Shown here in pieces: positions 1 through 13,204 of a DNA stretch of 64,000 bases; within the stretch, counting starts at the first letter, position 1; every line of letters begins with the position of its first letter. This DNA is from Eledone cirrhosa (taxonomy: Eukaryota): positions 93,806,001-93,870,000 of the forward strand of contig OZ024740.1 in assembly GCA_964016885.1 (NCBI GenBank). The letters are read 5' to 3'. Position numbers and translations under genes: made by a program. The notes below the pieces were generated by a model that did no database searches, had not been told where the DNA came from, and was given only the letters and a program-made list of their open reading frames with translations.

Positions 1-291
1 TCTAATATGGTGCTTATTGTATTTAATGTTCTTAACTAGTTTAACTAGGTCATTTTCAAAGGAGTTAAGTAGAGTGTTATGAGGGGGGCTTTTAAAGGTT
101 TTAAAGCCGAAGGAGTCAAAATTGTTAGTATTATTCAAGTTGTTAGATTTGTTTCTATCATAATGGAATGTCCTCCATCTCACTCTATTGATAAATGAAT
201 TTACACTGTTGATCAGCAATTTCTCAGATGTATTCCTGGATGGAATTGGTATGTTCTTGGTTGACATGGGGAGTTGGTCTTTGATTAGCAT
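1..291 (-). CDS. N-terminus of Naiad-like PLE ORF, running off the left edge of the window
   Basis: Manual translation: MLIKDQLPMSTKNIPIPSRNTSEKLLINSVNSFINRVRWRTFHY...SFGFKTFKSPPHNTLLNSFENDLVKLVKNIKY. The KNIPIP, RxRW, FGFK and FExDL motifs are typical of the pre-RT region of Naiad PLEs. It lies directly downstream of an HHR-bearing pLTR. Confidence 0.8.
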   Translation of the reverse strand, partial: MLIKDQLPMSTKNIPIPSRNTSEKLLINSVNSFINRVRWRTFHYDRNKSNNLNNTNNFDSFGFKTFKSPPHNTLLNSFENDLVKLVKNIKYNKHHIR

Positions 292-334
292 ATTGGCAAT
301 ATTATATGTCAGCTCAACGATATGGAGCAGTTAA

Positions 335-1677
335 TAGCATTAGTTATACTATTTATGGTTATGCAAATACAAAACCTTAAGCAGTTGTAAGTATTTTACA
401 CACACCCTAAATAGTGGTAGGCAGTAATGTATTACTACCTTATTACCAGTAAGTTAAGTAGCTCAATGTAAAAACATCAGATGATTTACAGAGCAGTTAT
501 ATGAAATATAAGAATCAAAGAGCTGCTCAAAACATTATTGTGCTTACAGCTGTTTCCTCCAAACCGAGGTTTGGATTCTTCGGAGCAATTTATTAATGCA
601 TGGACAGTTATATGACCTCCTTTTCAGCCGAGAGACATACCAATACATATTCAAACATTGATACATATTCAAACATTGTGGGTCAACATTCATTACAGAA
701 TTTAGAGTGGCAGTACACACTTCGAGATTACATTTATATTAATAGGTACAATCAAAAATCAAAGATATAGGTTAAAGTACAACATGAAGATAAGTGGTTA
801 TATAGTGCAAATGTTATATGTGTGGCACGCATGTGCGTCTTGTTTATATAGTGTGGCAGAGAGATATGTATGGTAGAGGCACTTAGGTAGGTAAATAAGA
901 GTGTTAGGTTGGTAGATCTGGTGGCAAAATCTTTATATGATTGATATAGTCTGTGTGTGGAGAAATATTATAAGCATTAAAGATAGTGCAAGCATTAAAA
1001 GTGTTATAAGTATTGGAGATGCACAGCGCAGGGATGTCAAGTATTTCATGTACTTCGGCATTTCATGGTCAGGGGAGTGTATATTTCGATTATATGCCTT
1101 TCACATAATCCACGACAATCCAGTTAGAGATCGTAGTCTGGTGTTCTTTAGTTCGATACAGGAGGTTGTTACGTTTCGAGAAACGCCATTGAATACCGGA
1201 AGTGTGTGTGTGGCTAAGGGGAGTTAATGCGTGCGGGGAGGTAACTCTGGGGTTTCTATATCTAGCCATTAAAATGTGTCCCAATATAGAACCTAAATTC
1301 TATGGTGAAGTGCACCTTCCAAGAGAGACTTTTAAAGCATAAAGTGTATTAACTATAGAGTAGTTTAACTAAGTTATGCTGAAGGTGATCATATTATTAT
1401 GGTGGATTAACTCATCTTAAGGTGCTACAAATGGAAATTATAGATGATGAGCGAGGATTCTAAATTAAGCACAATAATATTTTGAGCAGCTCTTTGATTC
1501 TTATATTTCATATAACTGCTATGTAAATCATATGATGTTTTTACATTGAGCTACTTAACTTACTGTAATAAGGTAGTAATACATTACTGCCTACCACTAT
1601 TTAGGGTGTGTGTAAAATACTTACAACTGCTTAAGGTTTTGTATTTGCATAACCATAAATAGTATAACTAATACTAT
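335..1677 (-). mobile_element. Naiad-like pseudo-LTR plus UTR with inverted 5' pLTR arm
   Basis: 335-546 and 1466-1677 are a near-identical inverted repeat ending in (TA)n. The region is homologous to 52.0-52.9k (shared cagtaatgtattactaccttattaccagtaag and gggagttaatgcgt). Confidence 0.8.
541..587 (-). ncRNA. Minimal type I hammerhead ribozyme, CCGAAGA core
   Basis: TGCT-CCGAAGA-A-TCCAAACC tc GGTTTGGA-G-GAAA-CAGCTG-TA-AGCA. Stems I and II pair and stem III is palindromic. Confidence 0.8.
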
Positions 1678-1692
1678 ATATATGTATAAATT

Positions 1693-1775
<83 letters not shown>

Positions 1776-1792
1776 ATATATATATATGTATG

Positions 1793-1860
<68 letters not shown>

Positions 1861-1950
1861 GTATATATATATATATGTATATATATATGTATACATACAT
1901 ATATATATATGTATATATATGTATATACATATATATGTGTATATATATTA
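1678..1950. repeat. (TA)n microsatellite, representative of dozens in the window
   Basis: Read directly. It explains the YIYIY ORFs. Confidence 0.98.
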
Positions 1951-3753
1951 ATATATATCAGGAGATACAAAGCAGGCTTTGTTTTTATAGCTTCTAATTG
2001 AACGGAAAGTGTCATGGGTGGCGTGTTGGTTTGGTGTCCCTACATTAGCCAGGCAAACCTAATATGTGAGTTCGTTCCACATGTACGTCAATACTCATTG
2101 TTTTTTGCATTCAAACTTATTTTCTTTAAATACCAACTAACGGACTAATTCTCTTTAGAGAAATAAGGCATAAGAATATGTTACTAACTAATTGTCAGAA
2201 TACATTTTCATTCCGTGAATATTTAAAGGAATGTCATTCATTCTTAATAAATCCACCAATTGTCTTATTTGTTCCCTAATACCGTCTAATATGATTTTAG
2301 AAACTACACAGCATTATTATACAATTGATATGCCGGTTAATAGATGTGACCAAATTTATTTTGGATGCGTCCTACATCACACTATATTTAATACTGTAAA
2401 ACTTATCAACTGAGGTGGCCTCGTAATATACATTACCAGCTTATATATGAAAGGCCATGTTAGCGAATGTTGTCATTTATACAGGTATATGATTTTAGTC
2501 CTCGCTGATACAAGTCATTTGTCTATTTCTTTCCTCTAGACTTATGGAGACGCTGCTAAACAAAAATATCGTAATATCGTTTAACTCTTATTTCAGCTTA
2601 TATGTCGATGAATATATTAAGTTTACATTCTGAAAGCATTCGATAAACTGTGGTAACGTAATAGCTTAGACATTGATTTAAATATATAGCAATTATATAT
2701 ATTTATATTAAATATATAAATGACTTTATTTTAATATAGACTGAGAGATAGTATTTTGTAAAAATTATCCACAAATATATGCACAAATATATAGAATAAT
2801 AAACAAATCCAATTGTTTCAGCAGATAATCGCGTGTAAAGATAATTATGTTTCATTGCAAGATACAACATCATTTCAATAAATTTGATTCATATTACTGT
2901 AATGAAACAGTAACTATATTTCTTGAAAACTTAACAAATACAACGTATTATAGAAATTACTGAGTGATATTTGTTTACGTTGTTTTACACAAGTTTGCAA
3001 ATAATGGGATTTAAATGGTATTGCTTCAATTTCGACAAATATTTTTGATTCAAATTAAGAGTTGCACAGGAATTTCAATTATACATACCTTAGTAAAAAT
3101 TAGACTTTCTGGATTTGATATAAACGACAGACATATTTCTAGCTAGGTATATATATAATTTATCAGTTTCAATAAAGTTCGAAGTTGTTTGTTATGTATG
3201 AATGAATGTAGTATGTTCGTATTTGTAGGCATATGCATATATGTATCTATCAGTCTGCGTATATATCAACGTACACACGTGCGATTGAATGTATGAAGGT
3301 ATGCATGTACACGTGTATGTATTGCTATCGAAGCTGAATATTCTAAAAAATCTTTAAATGTTTTGTGTACTTAAAGTTTAGTGATAATTTAAATGAAGTG
3401 ATTATATCTGTAAAACATATCTTGACAAATTCTATCTTTCAGAGAGAAGATCTACAGCATATTCGCTAGAGCATTTATACCGTTATTAGATTCGTCCCTA
3501 TTGAAGACGCTTGCTAGGTGCCTGTTACATACATTCGGGCAATTTGAATTTACTCTCCTCTCATCATCTCTGTTTCGTCCCAAGATCACTTTTTAACAAC
3601 CAGACTCAGATATGATTCTCCATAACGTTGGCTCAGTAGAACAACTTCTTTTCTAAGTAGGGAAATGCAATATTCCAAATGCTAATCCAGCTTGTCAAGC
3701 ATTCCTCTGTCTTTGTATCTTCCTCCAATCTCACCATGTAAGACGATGGCAGA

Positions 3754-4291
3754 GATATATTACATAATCGGTTATGGTTTATGTAACCTCTATAAACGCA
3801 CCTGCACACGCACACAAGTGCACACACATACGCACACACATACACGCACACACATACACACACACTCAAATATATATAAATAAATAAATGTATATTTATA
3901 TATATAAAGAGAGCGAGAGCGAGAGAGAGAGTGAGTGAGAGAGAAATGGTGTGGGAAAAGTTTCCCTATTTTGGTTCACTATGTATTATGTACTATTTCT
4001 CATTTAACAATTTACAGTATCAACATACTGTAAATTGTTAAATGAGACATAGTACATAATACATAGTGAACCAAAATAGGGAAACTTTACCCACACCATT
4101 TCTCTCTCACTCACTCTCTCTCGCTCTCGCTCTCTTTATATATATATAAATATACATTTATTTATTTATATATATTTGAGTGTGTGTGTATGTGTGTGCG
4201 TGTATGTGTGTGCGTATGTGTGTGCACTTGTGTGCGTGTGCAGGTGCGTTTATAGAGGTTACATAAACCATAACCGATTATGTAATATATC
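3754..4291. repeat. Near-perfect palindrome, ~267 bp arms, 4 nt spacer (4021-4024)
   Basis: Centre is tttacagtat-caac-atactgtaaa. The arms mirror each other even through the (CA)/(GA) tracts, with only a few differences. Confidence 0.95.
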
Positions 4292-7200
4292 CATCGATGT
4301 AACATATTGTTACACAACTACCGATATCCCTAATCCCTATTTGTCCAAATAAATATTCGACAAATCTGATCCCAAATGCTGGCATATGTATGCTCTATGA
4401 AGTTTTAAATAACGTTAATTCAATAAATTTTGAATATATTAAAACAATATATTACACTACCAAACCAAGATCTGTTGTACGAATAGTCCCTTCGAAATAC
4501 ATATAGTATTATTATAAATTGAAGTATTTACATTCACAGTGAGATTCTTGTCGTTTATACTTCCTATAAACCATTAATTTTTCATGTGTCTATGACATAT
4601 TGTGAAATATTCGATACAAACAGCAATAGTGTATAGTGTTCATGTTATGTTATCCGTTGTGTTGTACATGACAATCAGCATTGTTTGTTACTTACGTAAA
4701 GTCCAGAATTTCTGCAATGCAGACTGGCTAAATTTCATACTACACAAGATTCATTGTGATTGACTTCAAATCCCACAATGCTCCTTCAAAATAGCATTAA
4801 TTTTATGCTAACCGTGTATTTACAATACTGTTCGTTGAGTTTGTAAGAATTTATTCTATCACTATTATTTGCACCGAAATTCCACTCTTTGAATTTGGCA
4901 ATACACATCTGGTTCTTTAATTGTACAATTTGGCGTTCGTCTGTTGCAACAATAACTATTGGTGAGTCGTCTCTATTTTCTGCGGAGCAGATGTCTTGTA
5001 CCTACAATATGGTTTGAAATGTGAGCAAGAAATACGATGTAAACTAATTATGATACACTGTTCTCGTGTTTCGTCTTAATGGTTGTGTTTGGTGAACAAC
5101 ATGAATATGAGTTCCAAACCATTGATACCTTAGTTGGAAAATCACCACACAACCGTTAGTTGCACTTAATAACTAAATTCTCATTTGCATATTATGAAAT
5201 CCTCAATGAAAGCTGAAAAACTGGTTCTAGTTACGACTTCCAAATAAATGTTTCTATTACATTAATTTAACATACGTATACTATTGGAAAGTACCATTAT
5301 ACATCGCAGTTCCTGAAAACTTTTTAAAGAATCGTGTTAAATTTTAAGCTCCAGTTTTTAGGCAATGCTAACAATTATTCGTAGAGTAGTTAATCATGAA
5401 CCGTGTGTTCTTTAATTATTTAATGATCTCTTTTTATCACCCAAACGCGAGTCTATGTATGTAACACATGCAGTTAAGTGTTTTTGTATATAAACATATT
5501 TATCGTATCTGATCCCAAGGTTAGGAATAAGGAACAATGGAGTATCTTCTATTACTTTCTTTTTCAGAAAGCCTCCTACGTCAAAATGCCTGCTAACCAG
5601 AAAACCCAATACTCAAAAGGCCGTTATGTGGGAGATCAACTAGTTTGAATGCGCGGAAGATATTGCTATTTGTACATGAATAAGTTATATCATTTTTGTT
5701 TACCGGATGGTATATTTTACTTTCGTCTTCATGAAAAGTTGCCCTTGGTTTGCTTGGACAGAAAATTAAAGATCTTCAATTATTTATCCTGAAATGACTG
5801 TATCATTCTATGATATGATGTCTCTAATTGGGGCCCGACGTGCTAATAATATTTGGACACATAAAAATTAAAAGAGTCGATTATTGCAGTCTATTGGCGT
5901 TTGCGGAATCACAATCCTTCTGAAGGTAGAATACTAAACAAGGGGACGGTGTATATTGAAAATATAATGTATTATATTCCAGTCATAATTAGGAAAATTA
6001 GAGTGCAAGTATAGCTCCCATTTATTAGCATGCACGTGATGAGCTCCATGAAAAGAGGCCCACACAATTCAAAAGGTTGAAGCAATGCCTGGATCAATAC
6101 CCTCATTCTATACAGACGGGATTATATCCCTTCACTATTACGAAGAAGAGATATGTATACAAAATCATTGATTGATGAACAAGTAGTGAAGTTATAGGAA
6201 TTATATCATTAATCAAGGCATTGCTTTATTTGCATCTGTTTTTTTACTCATCGATTGCAGCCCTGATGGGAACTCATCTTCATTGCCCAACCTTCTAAAC
6301 ATGTGTTTTCTTGCTTAACGATTGATGCATTAGGAAGATTGACATAGCTGAACTCATTTCACTTTATTGCCCTCCTACATCCCCTTATAGGGTTTTGGAC
6401 AGCAGAGTCACGAGTTACGTTTTAAAAACGTCTACATTAATGCCGCATAGATCCCTCGTAGTTTCCTCTTCTTTGGGGAGAGGGGCGCTGGATGTCAAAA
6501 CCTATTTACTCGCATTCATATATATATATATATATATATATCATTAAGCGGTCACTGTTGCAAGTGTATGACATTTACTATTTAAGCATTACCTTAACTC
6601 AGATGCGACACACTCGTATATTTATGTCCGTACACATCCATCAATGTGATTGATTCCGCGGTATTTGCTAGTTGTTTTCATTTCTGAATTCATTTGCCCT
6701 TCCTGAAAAAATGAGGCTTATCTGCTCTGCAACTTATTTAATTAAAATTGTTCATGGGTGCGCAGACCGGGAATAATGTATTTATGTTACATTATGATCA
6801 TTATCATAGGATTGATTCTCATAACTCTTACCTGTTACTTGTGTAGATGAATGTTCTTAGTTCAATATATGCTACGGATATATAAATATGGTTTAGTTAG
6901 CTAAGCGGTGCATTATCAAGATAGCGGCACTGCATGGTAATTATATATATATATATTTGTTTACATTTATATGGAAATATATACGCAAAGGTAGCAAGTG
7001 TTAGAGAGCAAAAGGAAACGGGAAGTATATTTTGCCCCATGTTTCTGAAATATTAGTATATGGATGCGATTGTGTATTGCGTGAGAGTGTGTAATATTAC
7101 GTAACATTAAATGAGAAAAAAATAAATTGGAATATGTATAACGAGCAGAAGTAACACAAATAAAAATGGACATTAAAAAAAACAATTCTCATACAATATT

Positions 7201-7799
7201 TACAATGGATGTAGCCAATTTTCACAATACACACATGTAAAATATTTTCAACCTCGCAATTAAATTTTCCATAAAGATTCAGTTTTATATCAATATTCAC
7301 GCACGAATCTTAAGATATTATCGCAAAAAAATAAGGATAATTTTCTTTTACAATTCTCTGAAGATGGTTAAATACTTTTTATTAAAAATCCGTAGCATGT
7401 TATCAAATGTTCCATACAATATTGACTTCTCTTTCTCAAATATTTTTCATTCGAGAGAATTTCAATTTTCTATGCAATTAGAACATACATAATGTATAAC
7501 TGCGAGGGGTGTAACAAAACAAAAAAATATATATATATATATTAGCCAAAACGTGAGTGTTAAACATATTAAGGGATTATCATTGGATTTTTTTAGTTGA
7601 TGCAGTCCAGAAAATTTCTGTGGGAGAGAGATGTAAACATGGGAATACAGTAAAATTATGTTTTGAATTACTGAACAGAGTAGTTCACAATTTGAATCTG
7701 AAGGGATGCGAGATGTTAAAAAAAAACCTGTTAGATGTATTGGAGAAATAATATAGTATGGAAACTATAATAACATTAAGGACAACTACAATAGGCGAG

Positions 7800-8450
7800 T
7801 AATGATTATTTATAACAATGTTTGATTAACAAAACAAGATGAATGAATAATATCGCAATAAGCATCCATATAACAGATTGCCGAGGTGGTCATCGGAAAA
7901 TAAATGTTTCCCAAAGCCACAAACATATTCTTCGTTTGCCCAATTTCATGATCGCAAACCTTCTAATTATTCAGTGATCACATCATCGACATTGTCCTCG
8001 TGACCACTTTCATAACTGAACAGCTTAATATGTTCCTCAATGTTATCTGCACATTCCACACGACCTCGATTACAAAGTTTATACTTGTATGATATTTATC
8101 AATTTGCTCGACACATCCAACGCCTCTTTCGCTTACCGGACGTTATCTAATCACTCCAAACACACACCATACTCTCAATTATCTGCTACAAATTCCTTGC
8201 CTACGCCGTCTTTTTAACTGCACTCATGATTCTGAGACTTGGGTACAAATATATGGTAAGAATTTCGCTCATCATCAATACCCTCTAGCCACATATAGCT
8301 ATATTAGTTGAGTATATCACAATAACATTACCTCCACCAATCGTTTAAACCTCCTCTTAACTATCATTCCTTCAGCATTCTCCTACTGTGGTGGCTCCTC
8401 TATCTCCTCCGCCACCTGCGGTTGGGCTTCTCATTCTCCTTCATGGTCTC
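7800..8450 (-). mobile_element. Possible highly decayed RTE-type LINE endonuclease region
   Basis: Fragmentary similarity only (SLRIMSA, ARRLGGG-like segments), with many stops and frameshifts. Confidence 0.3.
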
Positions 8451-9399
8451 CCTTGCAACACTCCCCAGATTTTACAGAACACAAATCCTTAGGGATCTTC
8501 TTATAATAAATTACGTTGCCTTTCATAAACCCTCTTCCGGAATCCCGTACTCTTCATCACCACCAACAAACACATGACTGAAACTAGCAACCGCACCATC
8601 GATGTCCTATGTTGCCTGTTATGCTTGCGGGAGATTCTTAATTGGCCAACCTGGCTTTCGACCTGCGGGCAGTTTATCCGACTCTTCTTGGGTAGAACAC
8701 TGGTATCAGGTTATCTAAATGCCGTCGAAGGAAAGTTCTGCCCCACTAGTTACTCCACACTCATTCACATAGCTTTGGGCATCGATTCCGTTAGCTGAAA
8801 TGGACTTGTGCCTTCTGCCAAAGTAATTTCCACTTTAAATCTTCAACCCCACCAACCTATATTTTTTCATGTCCACTCCACACAAAACACACATCTCCTG
8901 TTTAATTAGACAAAACAGATGGGGGTAATTGGAAGGAATGCTATAGAAAGGTCTTATAGGTTCTGAAATGTGATCTAAACGCACATGACAGGTCGTTTGC
9001 CATACATCATTTAGCAATTCTTCTGTTTTTAAGTATAGCTTCAATGTTTTGAACTGGAATACCAGTGAAATATAAGGTATTGACACATACATTCTTACGT
9101 TGCTAATAGTAACAAGATACAACATGCAGAGGCAGATAGGAATCATCCTTACCACCCAAGAACAAAAGGAGACATAGGTATGATCCAGTTTCAAATCTAT
9201 TTCAAAACCACCATAATTTGACTGGCCAAATATCTTGAAACAGCATACGGCTAAATGCTAAAATACGTTGAAATACATGTGAAGAGTAAGAAGCTTCATT
9301 AATTATTACAGAAAACTAATAATTCGGATATAGATATCATGCTTAATATCCATGATTGATTGGTAGAGAAATCTGTGGCAACTCTTGGTGTATAGTAAG

Positions 9400-10130
9400 T
9401 ACATTTAATGACTAAGAAAAAATGGGCATGGACAATTAAGATCGAGGTGGGATCATAAACGTCTTATTGGCCAATATACAGCCTATTCGAAACAAGCTAG
9501 TTTTGACTAGAAGCAGACCAAGCAGTGGCCACGTAGCTCAAAGTTAAAAGCGGAGTGTGGAGATTTCATGTTAGCTGACCAAAATCAACATTTATTAACG
9601 CGAGACTATCACACCAATGTGATGAGAAATACAGAAGATCCAAAGTGCCGATTCTGCAATGATGCGATTGAAATAGTGGACCATTTAAAATCTAGACATA
9701 CTGCCATAGCATTGGCAGGGTTTAAATTGAGTCATGACAGGGTTGAATAAAATCTACACTGGTTAGTATATCGACATTTTCAAATCAGAAGTACTGACGT
9801 GTGGTATAAACATCATATTGTGGTTGAAACGGAGGAGAACAATTAACGAATATTTGGGACTTTCCTGTACAGACTATCAAAGGTAACACACTGGATATGA
9901 TAGTAAAATACCAAAATAACACAGTCTATTCATTGATTGATATGAACATCCCTTATGATCACAATATTTTCGGCAAATGTATTTGACATACTCAGAACAT
10001 ATAAAGATTTTTTCATTGAAATTGAAAAGTGTGGTATTTTATGGTAGTAAAAATCCAGGTGATTGTATTTAAAAATACTGCAAAAAATCGTTTTATATTG
10101 TACGTCACACGTTTTGAGAACAGCACTGTC
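9400..10130 (+). mobile_element. Decayed R4/Dong-type LINE C-terminus (zinc knuckle plus restriction-like endonuclease)
   Basis: ORF 9568-9750 LADQNQHLLTR..DPKCRFC..EIVDHL..SHDRV matches the AQDQxLxTR..KCRxC..ETxxH..RHD pattern. It is followed by WDFPVQT, LIDMNIP and IEIEKxW. Confidence 0.75.
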
Positions 10131-11172
10131 AATTTGACAAAGATAATCATCTATGTAAGCCTCTTTCTGACAATCCTATGCTGCTACAACAATGGCTTCT
10201 GCCCATCGGACCTAAAGGAAATCCTTACAAATTATCCCAGGCACTACCGCCTCAATTTTAACTGATTATTTGATCACTCATATTCTGTTCATCCCAGATA
10301 CTCCTAAAACACCGTGGCAACGTGGTTCCCTCACCAGAAAATAATATATCTTTATTTATGTCTATTCTAATTTTAAGTTAACAACAACGACTGTAAATGA
10401 AACTTTTTTCAGGAAGCGCTTTTGTCATAATCACATTTCCTTTCTCCATTTCCATTAAAACAACTAAAAGAAAATATGAAACTGCAATTGAATGGATATC
10501 TTGATGAGACGATATATTTTAAGATCATTACTGTAATTAGAGGTTTTATGTGGAATAACCACATATTAAAAGTTTATGAAAACGAATGTTTTTATTTGTA
10601 GGGCGGTGATTTGTCAAATGTTCCTAGCTGGTTTCGAAAGGCATAGAGCCCCATTTCTTGGATAAAGTAATTGTAAACAATCTTTATTTTCTTGTTGAAA
10701 AAAGGGCTTATGAATATAACATGTAATGATTACTGGGCCGATTTCAATATTTGAACTCACAATGATCCAATGTCATTCACAAACACAATGTAAACAGAGA
10801 AATTGATTTTAACAGGTTTTCTTCTATTTACTAATGAAATTATTAAATATTATCGAATTCAGTTTTCTTATAAAATGAATAGGTAAAGAAGGAATTAGAA
10901 AATAAAAAAAATAATAATCATTATAAATATGATTTGATGATAAAATAATTGAATTGTATCAATGGAAATAACATTCACATTTATAGCGAAATATCTTTCG
11001 TATAGATGAGTATTGTATGATTTTATAAATATTCAATGTAGTCTTTGGGCAATCAAACACATCCAGACATATGAAAAGAAAATTCTCAAACAGATGCAGA
11101 TACACTCACACACACACCCAGAGAGAGAGAGAGAGAGAGAGAGAAATATAGAGAGATATAAATATATATATA

Positions 11173-11220
<48 letters not shown>

Positions 11221-11599
11221 GTGTGTGTGTGTGTGTGTGTGTGTGTTTAAGGGGGTATATAAACATAAATCTATTCATATAATGCCACAAGCAAATGTCA
11301 CATGTTTCAATTCGTTGAGCTTGAGATTCTTCAAAGCTTTTGATTGCGGATATAAGTTAGTCGGAATAGTGAATTGGAAATATGTTGAAGAATATTGTCC
11401 TTTACGAACAAACATTTGCTTGGATTGTTGGTTTTCAATCAGAACATTATATAATGTAGTTCAACTATTTTTCTATCACTGGCTTACGGCTTCAAGATGG
11501 CATATATCCATGGTTGTATTTGCAGAATTCTATATTACCATTCATGCAAAATTACGTTCATACACTCATTCACACACACGTATAAACACAAATGCACAC

Positions 11600-11641
<42 letters not shown>

Positions 11642-11686
11642 TTGCATATATATATATGTGTGTTCGTATGTATGTATGTATGTATG

Positions 11687-11789
<103 letters not shown>

Positions 11790-11793
11790 ATTT

Positions 11794-11922
11794 ATGATGA
11801 TTTCTCAGAAATGAAACATTTCTAGTCATGTAGAAGATTTTCTATTTTATACATTTATACTGTTTTTGTATTGAGTACCTTACTTACTGTGGTGACACCC
11901 GATTGAATCCGGGATAACTTAT
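11794..11922 (+). mobile_element. Short pLTR-like fragment with truncated, decayed HHR
   Basis: ATGATGA-TTTC tca GAAA-T-GAAA-CATTTC-TA-GTC, followed by a tattgagtaccttacttactg tail resembling 1545-1565. It sits between microsatellites. Confidence 0.35.
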
Positions 11923-11994
<72 letters not shown>

Positions 11995-12214
11995 CGTTTC
12001 TGAATTTGTTTAGCAAGATTCTTTATCCGAAATCGTGTGTTGAAACCGATATTGTTATACTTTGGGAGGGTCATGTTGCCAATAAGAAACACACGCACCA
12101 GTTGCTTTCACTTCAATTTATTATATATTTATAAATTTATAAATTTACAAATCTACAAATTTATAAATTTCTGGTTGGTTGGTTGGTTCCACAACCAGAT
12201 AGTTGTTTATATAT

Positions 12215-12259
12215 AGTCATAGTCCTTTCGTCACACACTCTGTGACCTCTTCAGTGACT
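12215..12259 (-). ncRNA. Minimal type I HHR in Nematis-like pLTR
   Basis: AGTCA-CTGAAGA-G-GTCACA gagtg TGTGAC-GAAA-GGAC-TA-TGACT. Confidence 0.8.
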
Positions 12260-12927
12260 GGGGATTCCTTTCTTTGTTTCTGTGCCTTTCCTTTCTTCTG
12301 TCCTACGCCATTTTGTTTCTGTGTGTGTGTTGTGTGCTCAGTTTGCGCATGCGCCACATCCGGGTGTCTGTGTGTGTTTGTGTTCATTTATCTATTTGTT
12401 TATTTATTTACGTGTTATTGGTTGGTTGGTTGTTTGTTCTATGTGTGTGTGTGTGTTTTCATTTTGTCCTTAATTGAAAGTTGTGATGTTGCTGTTCCAC
12501 TCATATTTTCTATTTAATTTTGGTTGTAATTCTTTTATGTTTATTGCCTCTGTAATTTGTCTAAACATTGCATCTTTTCTGTGTGTAGATTTTATAGGAT
12601 CTACACACAGAAAAGATGCAATGTTTAGACAAATTACAGAGGCAATAAACATAAAAGAATTACAACCAAAATTAAATAGAAAATATGAGTTGAACAGCAA
12701 CATCACAACTTACAAGTAAGGACAAAATGAAAACACACACACACATAGAACAAACAACCAACCAACCAATAACATGTAAATAAATAAACAAATAGATAAA
12801 TGAACACAAACACACACAGACACCCGGACGTGGCGCATGCGGAAACTGAGCACACAACACACACACAGAAACAAAATGGCGTAGCAGAGAAGAAAGGAAA
12901 GGCACAGAAACAAAGAAAGGAATCCCC

Positions 12928-12972
12928 AGTCACTGAAGAGGTCACAGATTGTGTGACGAAAGCACTATGAAT
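12928..12972 (+). ncRNA. Minimal type I HHR, inverted copy
   Basis: AGTCA-CTGAAGA-G-GTCACA gattg TGTGAC-GAAA-GCAC-TA-TGAAT. Confidence 0.75.
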
Positions 12973-13204
12973 ATATATAAACAACTATCTGGCTGTGGAA
13001 CCAACCAACCAACCAGAGATTTATAAATTTGTAGATTTGTAAATTTATAAATTTATAAATATATAATAAATTGAAGTGAAACAATGGTACGTGTGTTTCT
13101 TATTGGCAACATGACCCTCCCAAAGTATAACAATATATATATATATATATATTTGAAAACTTGGAAAAAGAGGCGATTATGAGGAAGACAAATATATGTT
13201 TTTC

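Larger units (their letters stand above)
11992..13136. mobile_element. Foldback of two inverted 3' ends of a Nematis-like PLE
   Basis: Arms ~12049-12590 and 12598-13136. Each encodes STHRKDAMFRQITEA..LNRKYE, as in the ORF at 21465. Only the left arm has the 57 bp tail. Flanked by (TA)n. Confidence 0.9.

Noticed and set aside
1621-2001. YIYIY, CVCV and HTHT ORFs here and throughout the window
   Set aside because: They are translations of (TA)n and (CA)n microsatellites.
5500-6200. Decayed LINE RT (ECAEDIAI resembling EYADDIAL)
   Set aside because: A single weak motif, too degenerate to call.
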